A stretch of 64,000 nt of DNA. Source: Candidatus Bathyarchaeota archaeon. GTDB taxonomy: Archaea > Thermoproteota > Bathyarchaeia > TCS64 > PIYN01. Below, in pieces: positions 27,949 through 36,803 of the stretch. Both the position numbers and the translations under genes were made by a program. Location of the stretch: assembly GCA_003601775.1 (NCBI GenBank), contig PIYN01000002.1:203-64202 (forward strand), read 5' to 3'. The notes under the pieces were generated by a model. It was not told the DNA's origin and made no database searches. It was given only the letters and a program-made list of their open reading frames with translations. Each line of letters begins with the position of its first letter. The stretch's first letter is position 1.

Positions 27949-29072
27949 AAGAGGATGGGACGGATGACGGTGACGGTGAGGGCTAAGACAGCGACATAGA
28001 CCAAGAGGAGGATCTTCCTCCCGAGGCTGAGTGGAGAGACGTCGTCAAGGGGCCCTATATCCTGCTTGGCTCTCAACATGAAGAAGGCGAGGAGGATCGC
28101 CATCATATAGAAGCCGCAGAGCACCATCACGAGCAGTCCAACAAGGGATACGACCCTATGTCTCTTGGCCCCAAGAAGCGCCCTCGATATATGGCCGCCA
28201 TCAAGCTGCCAGATGGGGAGGAGGTTCAGAAAGGCTATAAGGCACCCTACCCAGGCCGCGAAGGCAACGGGGTGAAGGATGAGGGTCTGCCCAGGAGGGA
28301 TCGGCTTTATGAGGGGGATGAGGAGGTTTATCAGAGGGGGCATGGGCAGGGGCTGGAAGGCGACCTCCGGATATCTCCGTGACCACTCCTGTAACTTGCT
28401 ATAGGGGACTGTGAAGGAGAGGGAGATCCCGAAGATGGAGACGATGACGGTGGCCAAGAAGCCGATGAGGGGGCCGCTGAGGCCGAGGTCAAAGAGCTCA
28501 TCCCTGTTCGTCGGGGGCTCCCTCTGGATGATCACCGCCCCGTAGGTCCCACCCAGTCCAGGGGGAGCTGGGATGAAGTAGGGCATCGAGGCCTCTATAT
28601 TCTCCTTCATGGAGACGAACTTATGGGCGAGTTCGTGGAGCCCGAAGATCCCGAGGACGCTGACGAGGAAAAGGAGGGTATTGACGAGGACGGGGGTATT
28701 GGCCATCAGGTCCTCGGTGAATATCCTTATATTGCTCTTCAGGTAGCCGTCGAGGGAGATCGTCCCTATGGTTATCAGCAGGAGGAGGAGGTTCAACCTA
28801 TAGCTCGGCCTGCCACTGGGCCTCTTCTTGACGACCCTGATGATGAGGCGCCCACCCTCCCGCCTGAGGAAGGGGAGGAACCCCTTCTCCCGGAAGGCTC
28901 TGGCCACCCTCTTGAAGGAGTCCTTCACTACCTCGGGGCGGTAGACCCCCTCCCTCGGCGAGACGATGAAGGTGGGGGTATCGAACTCTATGTACCTATC
29001 CTCCACGAAGAACTCGGCCTCGATCACCCGCTCCAGGTCCGGATCGAAGATGTAGGGGGAGAAATCTCCCAA
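27945..29072 (-). CDS. site-2 protease family M50 zinc metalloprotease
   Basis: Intramembrane HExxH (LHELAHKF) with a downstream GP/LDG region and multiple TM helices. Confidence 0.65.
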   Translation of the reverse strand: MGDFSPYIFDPDLERVIEAEFFVEDRYIEFDTPTFIVSPREGVYRPEVVKDSFKRVARAFREKGFLPFLRREGGRLIIRVVKKRPSGRPSYRLNLLLLLITIGTISLDGYLKSNIRIFTEDLMANTPVLVNTLLFLVSVLGIFGLHELAHKFVSMKENIEASMPYFIPAPPGLGGTYGAVIIQREPPTNRDELFDLGLSGPLIGFLATVIVSIFGISLSFTVPYSKLQEWSRRYPEVAFQPLPMPPLINLLIPLIKPIPPGQTLILHPVAFAAWVGCLIAFLNLLPIWQLDGGHISRALLGAKRHRVVSLVGLLVMVLCGFYMMAILLAFFMLRAKQDIGPLDDVSPLSLGRKILLLVYVAVLALTVTVIRPILF

Positions 29073-29268
29073 GGCCCTTCCCTCTCACACTCCTCTCAAG
29101 ATAATCCTACAGACTTCTATTTTAACCTCTGGTTCTAAGTTGTGAACTTAGGGGTTTTCGGAGTACGGTAGGAAGACATTCATGAGGGTCTGCATCCTCC
29201 AAGGGTATAAAGTAGATCGTCGGGATAATGGGGCTCTTGGAGACCAAGAGGGCCCAAATTGAAGGCTC

Positions 29269-30315
29269 TTAGAAGAATAGGAGACGGCGATGCTTCTCCC
29301 TTTTCCCCACGAGGGGTAGGGTTTCGCCGCAGAACTTGCACTTCATGTCTTCGGTGAGGTTCCATCCTGTTATGGTGTAGCCCTCTCTCCCGATGACCCT
29401 CCTGCCACAGGAGGGGCAGAAGGTGCTCTCGTAGTCGGAGCCTGGGACATTCCCGACGTAGACGTAGCGAACTCCCTCTTCCTGGGCGATCTCCCTGTTC
29501 CTGACGAGGGTCTCGTAGGGGGTAATGGGCTTGAACCTGAACTTATAGTGGGGGTAGAACCTGCTGAGATGGAGAGGAACATCCGGCCCTAAGTTATCAA
29601 CAAGGTACCTGGCCATCCTCCTCATCTCCTCCGGTCCATCGTTGAGTTCCGGGATGACGAGGAAGGTCACCTCCACGTGCACCCCCTTCCGCTTCATCTC
29701 CACCGTCGCATCGAGGACGCTCTTCAGATCCCCCCTGATGTACTCCCGGTAGACCCTCTCATCAAAGGACTTCCAGTCCACGTTGGCGGCGTCTATGAGC
29801 CCGACGACCTCGTCCAGGGCCTCGAGGGTGATGTAGCCGTTGGTGACGAGGACGTTCTTCACACCCTCCCTCCGAGCCACCCGCGCCACGTCCTCCACGT
29901 ACTCGAGGTTGATGAGGGGCTCGTTGTAGGTGTAGGCGATGCTCGTACAGTCGCGCCTCTTCGCCAGGGAGACCACCTCCTCGGGCTCCACGTACCTCGT
30001 CGGGATCTCCCCTGGACGTGACTGTGAGAGCTCCCAGTTCTGACACCAGGGACAGGTGAAGGAGCAGCCGAGGCTGCTGATGGAGAAGGCAAGGCTCCCG
30101 GGGTAGAAGTGGAAGAGGGGCTTCTTCTCTATGGGATCGACGGCGAGGGCCGTCAGCTCCCCGTAGGTGAGAGTGTAGAGCCTCCCATCCCGATTCTCCC
30201 TCGTCCCGCAGAACCCCCTCTCCCCGGGCTTGATCACGCAGCGCCTGGGGCAGATGGTGCACCTCACGAGGTTATCCCCGAAGGGCTCGAAGAACCTCGC
30301 CTCTCTCTCCGTCAC
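29269..30315 (-). CDS. radical SAM enzyme, COG1180 family, AmmeMemoRadiSam (AmrS)-like
   Basis: N-terminal CTICPRRCVI...GFCG motif, radical SAM cluster CSFTCPWCQNWELS, and a C-terminal Cys pairs (CPSCG...CKFCG). No ATG is available, so GTG at 30315 is proposed (TTG at 30378 is the alternative). The ORF-track start at 30996 is rejected. Confidence 0.6.
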   Translation of the reverse strand: MTEREARFFEPFGDNLVRCTICPRRCVIKPGERGFCGTRENRDGRLYTLTYGELTALAVDPIEKKPLFHFYPGSLAFSISSLGCSFTCPWCQNWELSQSRPGEIPTRYVEPEEVVSLAKRRDCTSIAYTYNEPLINLEYVEDVARVARREGVKNVLVTNGYITLEALDEVVGLIDAANVDWKSFDERVYREYIRGDLKSVLDATVEMKRKGVHVEVTFLVIPELNDGPEEMRRMARYLVDNLGPDVPLHLSRFYPHYKFRFKPITPYETLVRNREIAQEEGVRYVYVGNVPGSDYESTFCPSCGRRVIGREGYTITGWNLTEDMKCKFCGETLPLVGKREKHRRLLFF

Positions 30316-30420
30316 CCTCCCCTCCTCATCCCATGTGATCCTCCTTCCCGAGGCTAATAACCCTTTCCTCGGGGGCAAAGCTTCTATGTCTCCCCTCAGA
30401 GAATATAGTGGAGCAACATC

Positions 30421-31512
30421 ATGTGGCGGCTGATGCGCCCGGACGCGGTGGAGGTCCTCAGGGACGGCAAGGTGAAGAGGAGCCTCCCCAGGTATCTGGG
30501 CATCCTGGCTGGGCGGAGGACCGCGAAGTTCCTCATAGCGAAGAGGCTCCCCGTCGACTTCAGCGAGGACGACTCGACGGCCGATCTCTGGAGAATGCAC
30601 AGGGAGGCGACGAGACGATACTATCGGGTGGAGAAGGAGATCGACGAGGGAAAGCTTAGCCTCAAGGACCTCGATGAAGATGAGAGGTCCTACCTCGACC
30701 TGAAGATCGAGCTGGGACGCCGGATCATGTCCCACTGCCACTTCTGCGAGAGGAGGTGCGGCGTGAACCGCCTGGAGGGGGAGAAGGGGTACTGCCGATG
30801 CGGGATCGAGATGGCCGTCTCCACGATCTTCGCCCACATGGGGGAGGAGCCCGAGCTCGTCCCCTCCGGGACGGTCTTCTCCTGCGGCTGCACTATCCGC
30901 TGCATCCACTGCCAGAACTGGACCATCTCCCAGTGGTATGAGGAGGGGGAGAGCTACACCCCGGAGCGCCTCGCCAGGGTCGTGGAGGGCCTCCACAGGA
31001 GGGGTTGCAGGAATGTGAACATGGTTGGAGGGGAGCCTACTCCCTACACCTGGTTCTGGCTGAGGACGATGAGGGAGGTCGGGGTGAATATCCCGACGGT
31101 CTGGAACAGCAACAGCTACTACAGCCTCGAGACGGCGGAACTTCTCGCCGGCTTCATAGATGTCTACCTACTCGATTTCAAGTATGGAAACAACGAGTGC
31201 GCCGTGAGGATCTCGGAGGCGCCGGGGTACTGGGAGGCCTGCACACGGAATCACCTCGCCGCCGTGAGGTACGGGGAGGTCATCATCAGGGTCCTTGTCC
31301 TCCCCGGCCACTTGGAGTGCTGCACCAGGCCGATCCTCCACTGGATCGCGGAGAACCTCGGGAGGTGGGTGAGGGTGAACGTCATGTTCCAGTACAGGCC
31401 GGAGTACCAAGCCCATAAGATCGAGGAGCTGAGGAGGAGGCTGACGAGGGAGGAGCGGAGGAGGGCGTTGGAGATAGCGGAGGAGGCAGGGCTCCAGAAC
31501 GTGATAACCTAA
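30421..31512 (+). CDS. radical SAM enzyme, PflX-like (COG1313/COG1180 family) with an about 100-aa N-terminal extension
   Basis: HCHFCERRCGVNRLEGEKGYCRCG followed by a radical SAM cluster (CGCTIRCIHCQNWTIS). It is divergent from the AmrS-like gene. Confidence 0.6.
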   Translation: MWRLMRPDAVEVLRDGKVKRSLPRYLGILAGRRTAKFLIAKRLPVDFSEDDSTADLWRMHREATRRYYRVEKEIDEGKLSLKDLDEDERSYLDLKIELGRRIMSHCHFCERRCGVNRLEGEKGYCRCGIEMAVSTIFAHMGEEPELVPSGTVFSCGCTIRCIHCQNWTISQWYEEGESYTPERLARVVEGLHRRGCRNVNMVGGEPTPYTWFWLRTMREVGVNIPTVWNSNSYYSLETAELLAGFIDVYLLDFKYGNNECAVRISEAPGYWEACTRNHLAAVRYGEVIIRVLVLPGHLECCTRPILHWIAENLGRWVRVNVMFQYRPEYQAHKIEELRRRLTREERRRALEIAEEAGLQNVIT

Positions 31513-34500
31513 GCCTTCTCCTCGATCTTCACGAGGCCCAGCCTCAGCCTCATCCCGTCTATCTCGAACTCCGCCGTGTGCGCCCCCTCGGGGGGCTCCC
31601 CCTCTATGAGGGCCTTGGAGAGAGTCTCGGCCGAGATGTAGTCGCTGTGGATCTGGAAGACCTCTGCGAGCTGTGGGGGGGCCTCGTAGTAGGTCTCTAT
31701 GTAGTCGTCTATCTGGAAGCCGGCCTCCTTCCTCAGGTACTGTATCCTGCGGACGACGTCCCTCGCGAGGCCCTCCCTCCTCAACTCCTCCGAGATCTCC
31801 ACCCAGATCGCCACGACCATCCGCGGGTCCTCCGCCACGACGTACCCCTCCCTCGGCCTCCTCTGGACCTCCACCTCCTCGGGGAGAACCCTTATGGCCT
31901 TGCCCCCGACGCTCACCTCGACCCCCTCCCCCTTCAGGAACCTTGAGGCCAGCGACCTCGCATCCATCTTGGAGAAGGCCTCCTTGATCCTCGGGAAGAG
32001 CCTCCCGTGCTTCTTCCCCAGGATGTGGGAGAGCGGCCTGACCTCGTACTCGAAGACCTCCTCCTCATCGTTCGTCAGGACCAGCCTCTTCACGTTCAGC
32101 TCATCCCTCACCAGCTCCTCCAGGGGCCTCAGCTTCTCTAAGAGACCCTCCTCTGCGAGGACCTTCGCCTCGAGGAGGGGTTGGCGGAGCTTTATGCCCG
32201 CCTTGTTACGCGCCGACCGTCCGAGGCTGCTTGCCAGGATTGCGAGGTCCATGGCCTCCATCAGGTCCTCGTCTATCATCGAGGGGTCCGCCGTCGGCCA
32301 GTCGTTGTGGTGGACGCTCTCCGGGGCCTCGGGCTCGGCGCTCCTGACGAGGTTCTGGTAGAGGGCCTCGGCTATGAAGGGGGTGAAGGGGGCGATGAGC
32401 TTCAGGAGGGTCTTGAGGCAGGTGTAGAGGGTGGTGTATGCGACCCTCTTATCTACGTCGTCCTCGCTCTTCCAGAACCTCCTCCTCGAGCGGCGGACGT
32501 ACCACTTCGAGAGGTCATCCACGAAGGCCTGGATCCTCAAGGCGGGTGTGTAGGGGTTGTAGTCCTCCAGCCCCTCAGTCACCTCTTGGATGAGCCTGTG
32601 GAGCTTGGAGAGGATCCACCGGTCGAGGGGGGTGTACTCCTCAGAGGACTTCTCGGGGGTCCAGTGGTCGAGGTTGGCGTAGATGGCGAAGAAGTTCGCC
32701 ACGTTTATTAGGGGGATGAAGAACTCCCGCTTGACTTGGTCCGCCCGCTTGTAGCCGAAGAGGAGGTTGCTCTCGGGCCTCGTGGTGCAGTACATCCACC
32801 TCATGACGTCGGCGCCCATCGTCTCCGCGGCCTCGTCGAAGAAGATGGCGTTTCCCCAGGACTTGTGCATCTCCCTCCCATCCTCGCCGAGGACGAGGCC
32901 GTGGCCCAGGCAGGTCTTGAAGGGGGTCTCCCCCTCCATCACGGTGCTCATCGTCAGCATCGCGTAGAACCAGTTCCTGAACTGTCCGGGGAAGCACTCG
33001 GTGACGAGGTCGGCGGGGAACCACTTCCTCCAGTACTCCCTGTCCCTCCGGTAGTTGAGGGTCGAGTAGGCGACGATCCCTGCGTCGAGCCAGGGGTTCC
33101 CCACATCGGGGATGCGGGAGGCGAGGGAGCCACACTTCGGGCACCTGATCTTCACCTTGTCGACCCAGGGGCGGTGGGGGGTATGACCTTCGAACTCCTC
33201 CCACCCCTCCACGGCCTTCTCCCTCAACTCCTCCTTGCTCCCTATGACCTCGAAGTGCCCACAGTTGGGGCACTCCCAGATGGGGAGTGCCAGCCCCCAG
33301 TACCGCTTCTTCGAGATCATCCAGTCCTCCATGTTCATCAGCCAGTCCATCTCCTGCTTCAGCCCGAACTCCGGGATCCACCTCACCCTCTTCGCGACCT
33401 CCATGATCTGATAGCGGAGGTTCTCCCTCTTCTCCTCCTCCGTCACCTCCTCCAGCGGCTTGCCGAGCTTCTTCCCCATGGAGATGAACCACTCGTCGAC
33501 GAGCCTGAAGACGAGCTCGCTCCCACACCGCCAGCAGACGGGGTACCGGTGGGTGTAGTCCTCCCTCCTGACGAGGAGGCCCTTCTCCTTCAGGTTCTCT
33601 ATGATCGGCTCAGCCGAGTCGTAGACGTGGGTCCCCGTCAGCCAGCCGAAGCCCTCGATGAAGACGCCGAAGTCGTCGAGGGGGGCGACTGCTGGTAGAC
33701 CGTAACGCTTGCTGAGCTCGAAGTCCTCCTTCCCGCAGCCCGGGGCGATGTGGACGAGCCCCGTCCCCTCCTCCTCGCTGACCTCCTCCCATAGGATCAC
33801 CCTATGGGCCTCCACCGCCCCGGATCGCTGCTCCGCCGGCAGCTCGTCGAAGGGGCCGTCGTAGATCCATCCCTCCATCTCGGCGCCCCTCAGCTCCTCC
33901 AGGACCTGGTAATCGCCGTCGGGGAAGACGGAGGGGAGGGTACCCTTCGCGAGGTAGAGGATCTCCCCTTCCCTGCGGACCTTGACGTATGTGAGGTCGG
34001 GGTGGACGGCGACGGCGACGTTGGAGGTGAGGGTCCAGGGGGTCGTCGTCCAGATGAGGAGGGACTCACCCTCCCGCCCCCTGAGGGGGAACTTCACGAA
34101 GACGCTGGGGTGGGTGATCTCCCGGTATCCCTCGGTGACGATCTCGTGCTGGGAGAGGGCAGTGGAGCAGCGGGGACACCAGGGCATGACGTCCCTCCCC
34201 TTGTAGATCAGGCCCCGCTCATGGCACTTCTTCAAGAAGGCCCAGATCATGTAGTTGTTCTCATCCGAGAAGGTGAAGTAGGAGCCCCCGAGCTCTGGAC
34301 TCCCCAACCGCCCCACGAGCATCTCAACCCTGCCGGTCACGGGGCCCTGAGGTCCCTGGAGGGTTATCACCTGGTCGGGGTCCTCAAGTTTCTCAGCCAA
34401 CATCCTGAGCTCCTCGGGGTCGTTCCAGTCCATCCAGTAGCCCAGCCTGATCGACTGCTCCGTCTGGACGGCGGCGTAGCGGAGGACCCTCTGCTTGCAC

Positions 34501-34856
34501 TTCTTGACGAACTCCGCGATCCCATAGGCCTCGATGTCCTTCTTGCTCTTGAAGCCCAGCTCCCTCTCAACCTCAACCTCGACCCAGAGCCCCTGGCAGT
34601 CGAAGCCGTTCTGGTATCGGGTGTCGAAGCCCCTCATCGCCTTGTACCTGTGGAAGAGGTCCTTGTAGGTCCGACCCCAGGCGTGGTGGACCCCCATAGG
34701 GTTGTTCGCCGTGATCGGCCCATCTATGAAGGACCAGCGCTTCTTCCCCCTATTCATCTCCCGCCTCTTCCTGAAGGCGTCCGTCTCCTCCCAGAACTTG
34801 AGGATCCTATGCTCAAGCTCCGGAAAGTTGAGCGAGCTATCTATCTCCTTAAACAC
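31509..34856 (-). CDS. ileS: isoleucyl-tRNA synthetase
   Basis: 1115 aa class I aaRS with a HIGH-region equivalent, a large CP1 editing domain, KMSKS (MHKSWGN), and IleRS-specific zinc-binding Cys pairs. Confidence 0.9.
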   Translation of the reverse strand: MFKEIDSSLNFPELEHRILKFWEETDAFRKRREMNRGKKRWSFIDGPITANNPMGVHHAWGRTYKDLFHRYKAMRGFDTRYQNGFDCQGLWVEVEVERELGFKSKKDIEAYGIAEFVKKCKQRVLRYAAVQTEQSIRLGYWMDWNDPEELRMLAEKLEDPDQVITLQGPQGPVTGRVEMLVGRLGSPELGGSYFTFSDENNYMIWAFLKKCHERGLIYKGRDVMPWCPRCSTALSQHEIVTEGYREITHPSVFVKFPLRGREGESLLIWTTTPWTLTSNVAVAVHPDLTYVKVRREGEILYLAKGTLPSVFPDGDYQVLEELRGAEMEGWIYDGPFDELPAEQRSGAVEAHRVILWEEVSEEEGTGLVHIAPGCGKEDFELSKRYGLPAVAPLDDFGVFIEGFGWLTGTHVYDSAEPIIENLKEKGLLVRREDYTHRYPVCWRCGSELVFRLVDEWFISMGKKLGKPLEEVTEEEKRENLRYQIMEVAKRVRWIPEFGLKQEMDWLMNMEDWMISKKRYWGLALPIWECPNCGHFEVIGSKEELREKAVEGWEEFEGHTPHRPWVDKVKIRCPKCGSLASRIPDVGNPWLDAGIVAYSTLNYRRDREYWRKWFPADLVTECFPGQFRNWFYAMLTMSTVMEGETPFKTCLGHGLVLGEDGREMHKSWGNAIFFDEAAETMGADVMRWMYCTTRPESNLLFGYKRADQVKREFFIPLINVANFFAIYANLDHWTPEKSSEEYTPLDRWILSKLHRLIQEVTEGLEDYNPYTPALRIQAFVDDLSKWYVRRSRRRFWKSEDDVDKRVAYTTLYTCLKTLLKLIAPFTPFIAEALYQNLVRSAEPEAPESVHHNDWPTADPSMIDEDLMEAMDLAILASSLGRSARNKAGIKLRQPLLEAKVLAEEGLLEKLRPLEELVRDELNVKRLVLTNDEEEVFEYEVRPLSHILGKKHGRLFPRIKEAFSKMDARSLASRFLKGEGVEVSVGGKAIRVLPEEVEVQRRPREGYVVAEDPRMVVAIWVEISEELRREGLARDVVRRIQYLRKEAGFQIDDYIETYYEAPPQLAEVFQIHSDYISAETLSKALIEGEPPEGAHTAEFEIDGMRLRLGLVKIEEKA

Positions 34857-35035
34857 CCCTAATCAACCCCGATATAAGGAAATACCGACTCTTAAACATG
34901 ACACGGGTCCGTGGTGGAGCGCAAAATCTGGTCTAAATTTTGCAGTCACCGGGCACCCTTCGCACCAAAGATGGTGATATCCACTACAAATATAAAGTTG
35001 TCTACTCCAAGTTCCTCTCCAAGACCGCCTGGGCG

Positions 35036-35347
35036 TTACCTTTTATGCCGCTTCTGACGAGATCTCCTCTGCTCCTTCCTCCGGTAGTCCCGCTTCCTCT
35101 CGCCGTGGATCCTCACCCTCCTGAACTCCTGCCTCCCGGGGTCCCTCAGATACTGATTGACCTCGCGGTAGAAGTGGGAGTAGCTTATCTCCTCCTTGGA
35201 GAGCCTGGAGATCAGGTTGTTCAGCCTCTGCCTCTCCTCGACCCTGTGCAGGCCGTCCCAGGCCTTGGAGTAGGCCTCATAGGCCGCTCTGAACTTGAAG
35301 TCTCCCATCGAATCGAAGGTGAGCTTAGAAACCGGCTCTCTCTTCAT
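35036..35347 (-). CDS. hypothetical protein with a highly basic C-terminal tail
   Basis: The start at MKREPVSK is supported by an upstream TATA-like box. The C-terminal 35 aa are >50% R/K. Confidence 0.4.
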   Translation of the reverse strand: MKREPVSKLTFDSMGDFKFRAAYEAYSKAWDGLHRVEERQRLNNLISRLSKEEISYSHFYREVNQYLRDPGRQEFRRVRIHGERKRDYRRKEQRRSRQKRHKR

Positions 35348-35388
35348 CGTCACTACCAAGTCCTCAGAGGGATGAGATGGGTCCGTGG

Positions 35389-35396
35389 ATATAAAC
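35389..35396 (-). promoter_or_regulatory. TATA-like box (TTTATAT on minus strand) about 40 nt upstream of the 35347 start
   Basis: AT-rich octamer in an otherwise GC-rich context. Its spacing is consistent with an archaeal promoter with a short leader. Confidence 0.3.
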
Positions 35397-35526
35397 TCTT
35401 TCCCCCCATCGAGGACCCCGCAACGGGAATACAAAGCTTTAATAGTGTGGACCCTACCTATTGTGGCGTATACTTGGGATACCTCCCGGTATTCTGGGTG
35501 TAACTAATCGAAGAGGAGTGAGAAGT

Positions 35527-35685
35527 GTGAGTTACAGAGGGCGCAGCTACGGCCGCGGTCCGAGGGAGATGCATAAGGCCATCTGCTCCGATTGTGGGAA
35601 GGAATGTGAAGTTCCCTTCAAGCCCACTGAAGGTCGTCCGGTCTACTGCCGTGAGTGCTTCCAGAAGCGCAGAAGAAGATTTTAG
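35527..35685 (+). CDS. small CxxC-x17-CxxC zinc-ribbon protein with an RGG/SYRG-like N-terminus and a basic tail
   Basis: CSDCGKECEVPFKPTEGRPVYCRECFQKRRRRF has exactly 17 residues between the Cys pairs. GTG at 35527 lies 9 nt after a GGAG. ATG at 35569 is the alternative start. Confidence 0.5.
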   Translation: MSYRGRSYGRGPREMHKAICSDCGKECEVPFKPTEGRPVYCRECFQKRRRRF

Positions 35686-35865
35686 AATCTAAGTTAACGC
35701 TTTATCTTCACAGACCTTCTCTTTTTGTCATTTGAAGCATCTCAGAGGATAGCAGGCCTTCCTTTGAGCCGATTGCCGAGGATGAACATCATGGAGGTCG
35801 CGGATTGTAGCGTTTAGTAAAACTATTATTCCTTAAGGGGGATTTTATTTCTGGAGCTGCCTGGC

Positions 35866-36315
35866 TTGAACTCGGGGTTGAGCGACGCCGAGATCGAGGC
35901 CTTGTTGAAGGGTAAGACCCTCCTCGTCTACCTCTACCTCCTCAGGAGGGCGAATGAGGAGGGCGTGGGAGTCCGGGAGGTCCAGAGGATGCTCGGGTTC
36001 TCGAGCCCCAGCGTCGCCTCCTACCACCTGCAGAAGCTCGTGAACCTCGGCCTCGTGAGGAAGGAGCGGGGTCAGTATCTCCTTGCGAGGGAGGTGAGGG
36101 TCGGGATCCTCCGCCACTTCGTCATGATCGGCAGGTTCATGCTCCCCAGGTACCTCTTCTACGCCGTCCTCCTCACCACGATGCTCATTACCTACCTCAT
36201 CCAGTTCCCCCAGACCCTCTCAAGGTACAACGTCGCAACCCTCCTCCTGGGCACAGTCCCCACGATCATCCTATGGTACGAGACGATAAGAATATGGAGG
36301 GAGAAATTTCTATAA
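35866..36315 (+). CDS. membrane-anchored winged-helix (MarR/ArsR-like) transcriptional regulator
   Basis: N-terminal wHTH (VREVQRMLGFSSPSVASYHLQKLVNLGLVRKE) followed by two or three TM helices. Confidence 0.45.
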   Translation: MNSGLSDAEIEALLKGKTLLVYLYLLRRANEEGVGVREVQRMLGFSSPSVASYHLQKLVNLGLVRKERGQYLLAREVRVGILRHFVMIGRFMLPRYLFYAVLLTTMLITYLIQFPQTLSRYNVATLLLGTVPTIILWYETIRIWREKFL

Positions 36316-36412
36316 TAGGAGTCCTCCACCCCCATTAGCAGGATCCCTTTGGGGCAGAGAGGTGTTCTAAAGAGTAGTATTAAAAGGGTGTTCAGGGAGA
36401 TCCTTCTGCGGG

Positions 36413-36670
36413 ATGAAGCGGGCCTCCAAGATACTGGTGTACATCCTGATAGCGGCGATCTTGGGATATACGCTCATATCTATCCTGCCGGAGGAGGGAG
36501 TGAAGGTCTTAAGGAGGGAGTTGAATATGGCGGAATCCCTCTCCGGAGAAGGGTCTTCACCCACCCTCCCCCTCTGGGGCAAAAGCGGGGTTACGTGGAG
36601 CCTAGCTTGGCTCTTAGACCTGGCCATCGCCCTCTGCGTCTACCTGATCGCGAGGAACAGAATTCCGTAG
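36413..36670 (+). CDS. small membrane protein
   Basis: 85 aa with two hydrophobic helices. Confidence 0.3.
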   Translation: MKRASKILVYILIAAILGYTLISILPEEGVKVLRRELNMAESLSGEGSSPTLPLWGKSGVTWSLAWLLDLAIALCVYLIARNRIP

Positions 36671-36743
36671 AGAGACTTCGTAATACTCTCTAATATATTA
36701 GTCCTTATAACAGGGCTTTTAATCCTCCTATCAAAGACCGTGA

Positions 36744-36760
36744 CAGGGCCCTGGGATTTT
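36744..36760 (+). terminator. GC palindrome (CAGGGCCCTG) followed by a T-run; candidate terminator for the upstream + strand genes
   Basis: Perfect 10-nt palindrome followed immediately by GGATTTT, in a convergent intergenic region. Confidence 0.25.
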
Positions 36761-36803
36761 ACATGATCAGGGGATAAAATATCAGGGGCTCGAGGAAGGA
36801 TCC

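Noticed and set aside
30316-30996. Upstream 227 codons of the long ORF 29269..30996
   Set aside because: The conserved AmrS-like N-terminus begins about 18 residues before the first Cys motif. The upstream part is P/L/G/E low-complexity and overlaps the divergent gene's promoter region.
29269-31512. Assignment of either radical SAM as the class III RNR activase NrdG
   Set aside because: Both are about 350 aa and carry the AmrS/PflX-type N-terminal Cys motif. NrdG proteins are much shorter with a different layout, so they are reported only as COG1180-family enzymes.
32736-33698. 320-aa ORF and several others on the + strand within 31.5-34.9 kb
   Set aside because: All lie antisense to ileS, which has clear HIGH/KMSKS-class motifs across its full length.
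34857-35035. Hairpin GCAAAAT-N9-ATTTTGC between the hypothetical gene and ileS, considered as a terminator or ncRNA
   Set aside because: It is not followed by a T-run on the relevant (minus) strand and lies in the ileS promoter region, so the evidence is insufficient.
35690-35865. Possible C/D-box sRNA in the intergenic region after the CxxC gene
   Set aside because: GATGAAC and downstream CTGA-like elements were noticed. The C box is not canonical (RUGAUGA) and no C'/D' pair with guide spacing could be defined.
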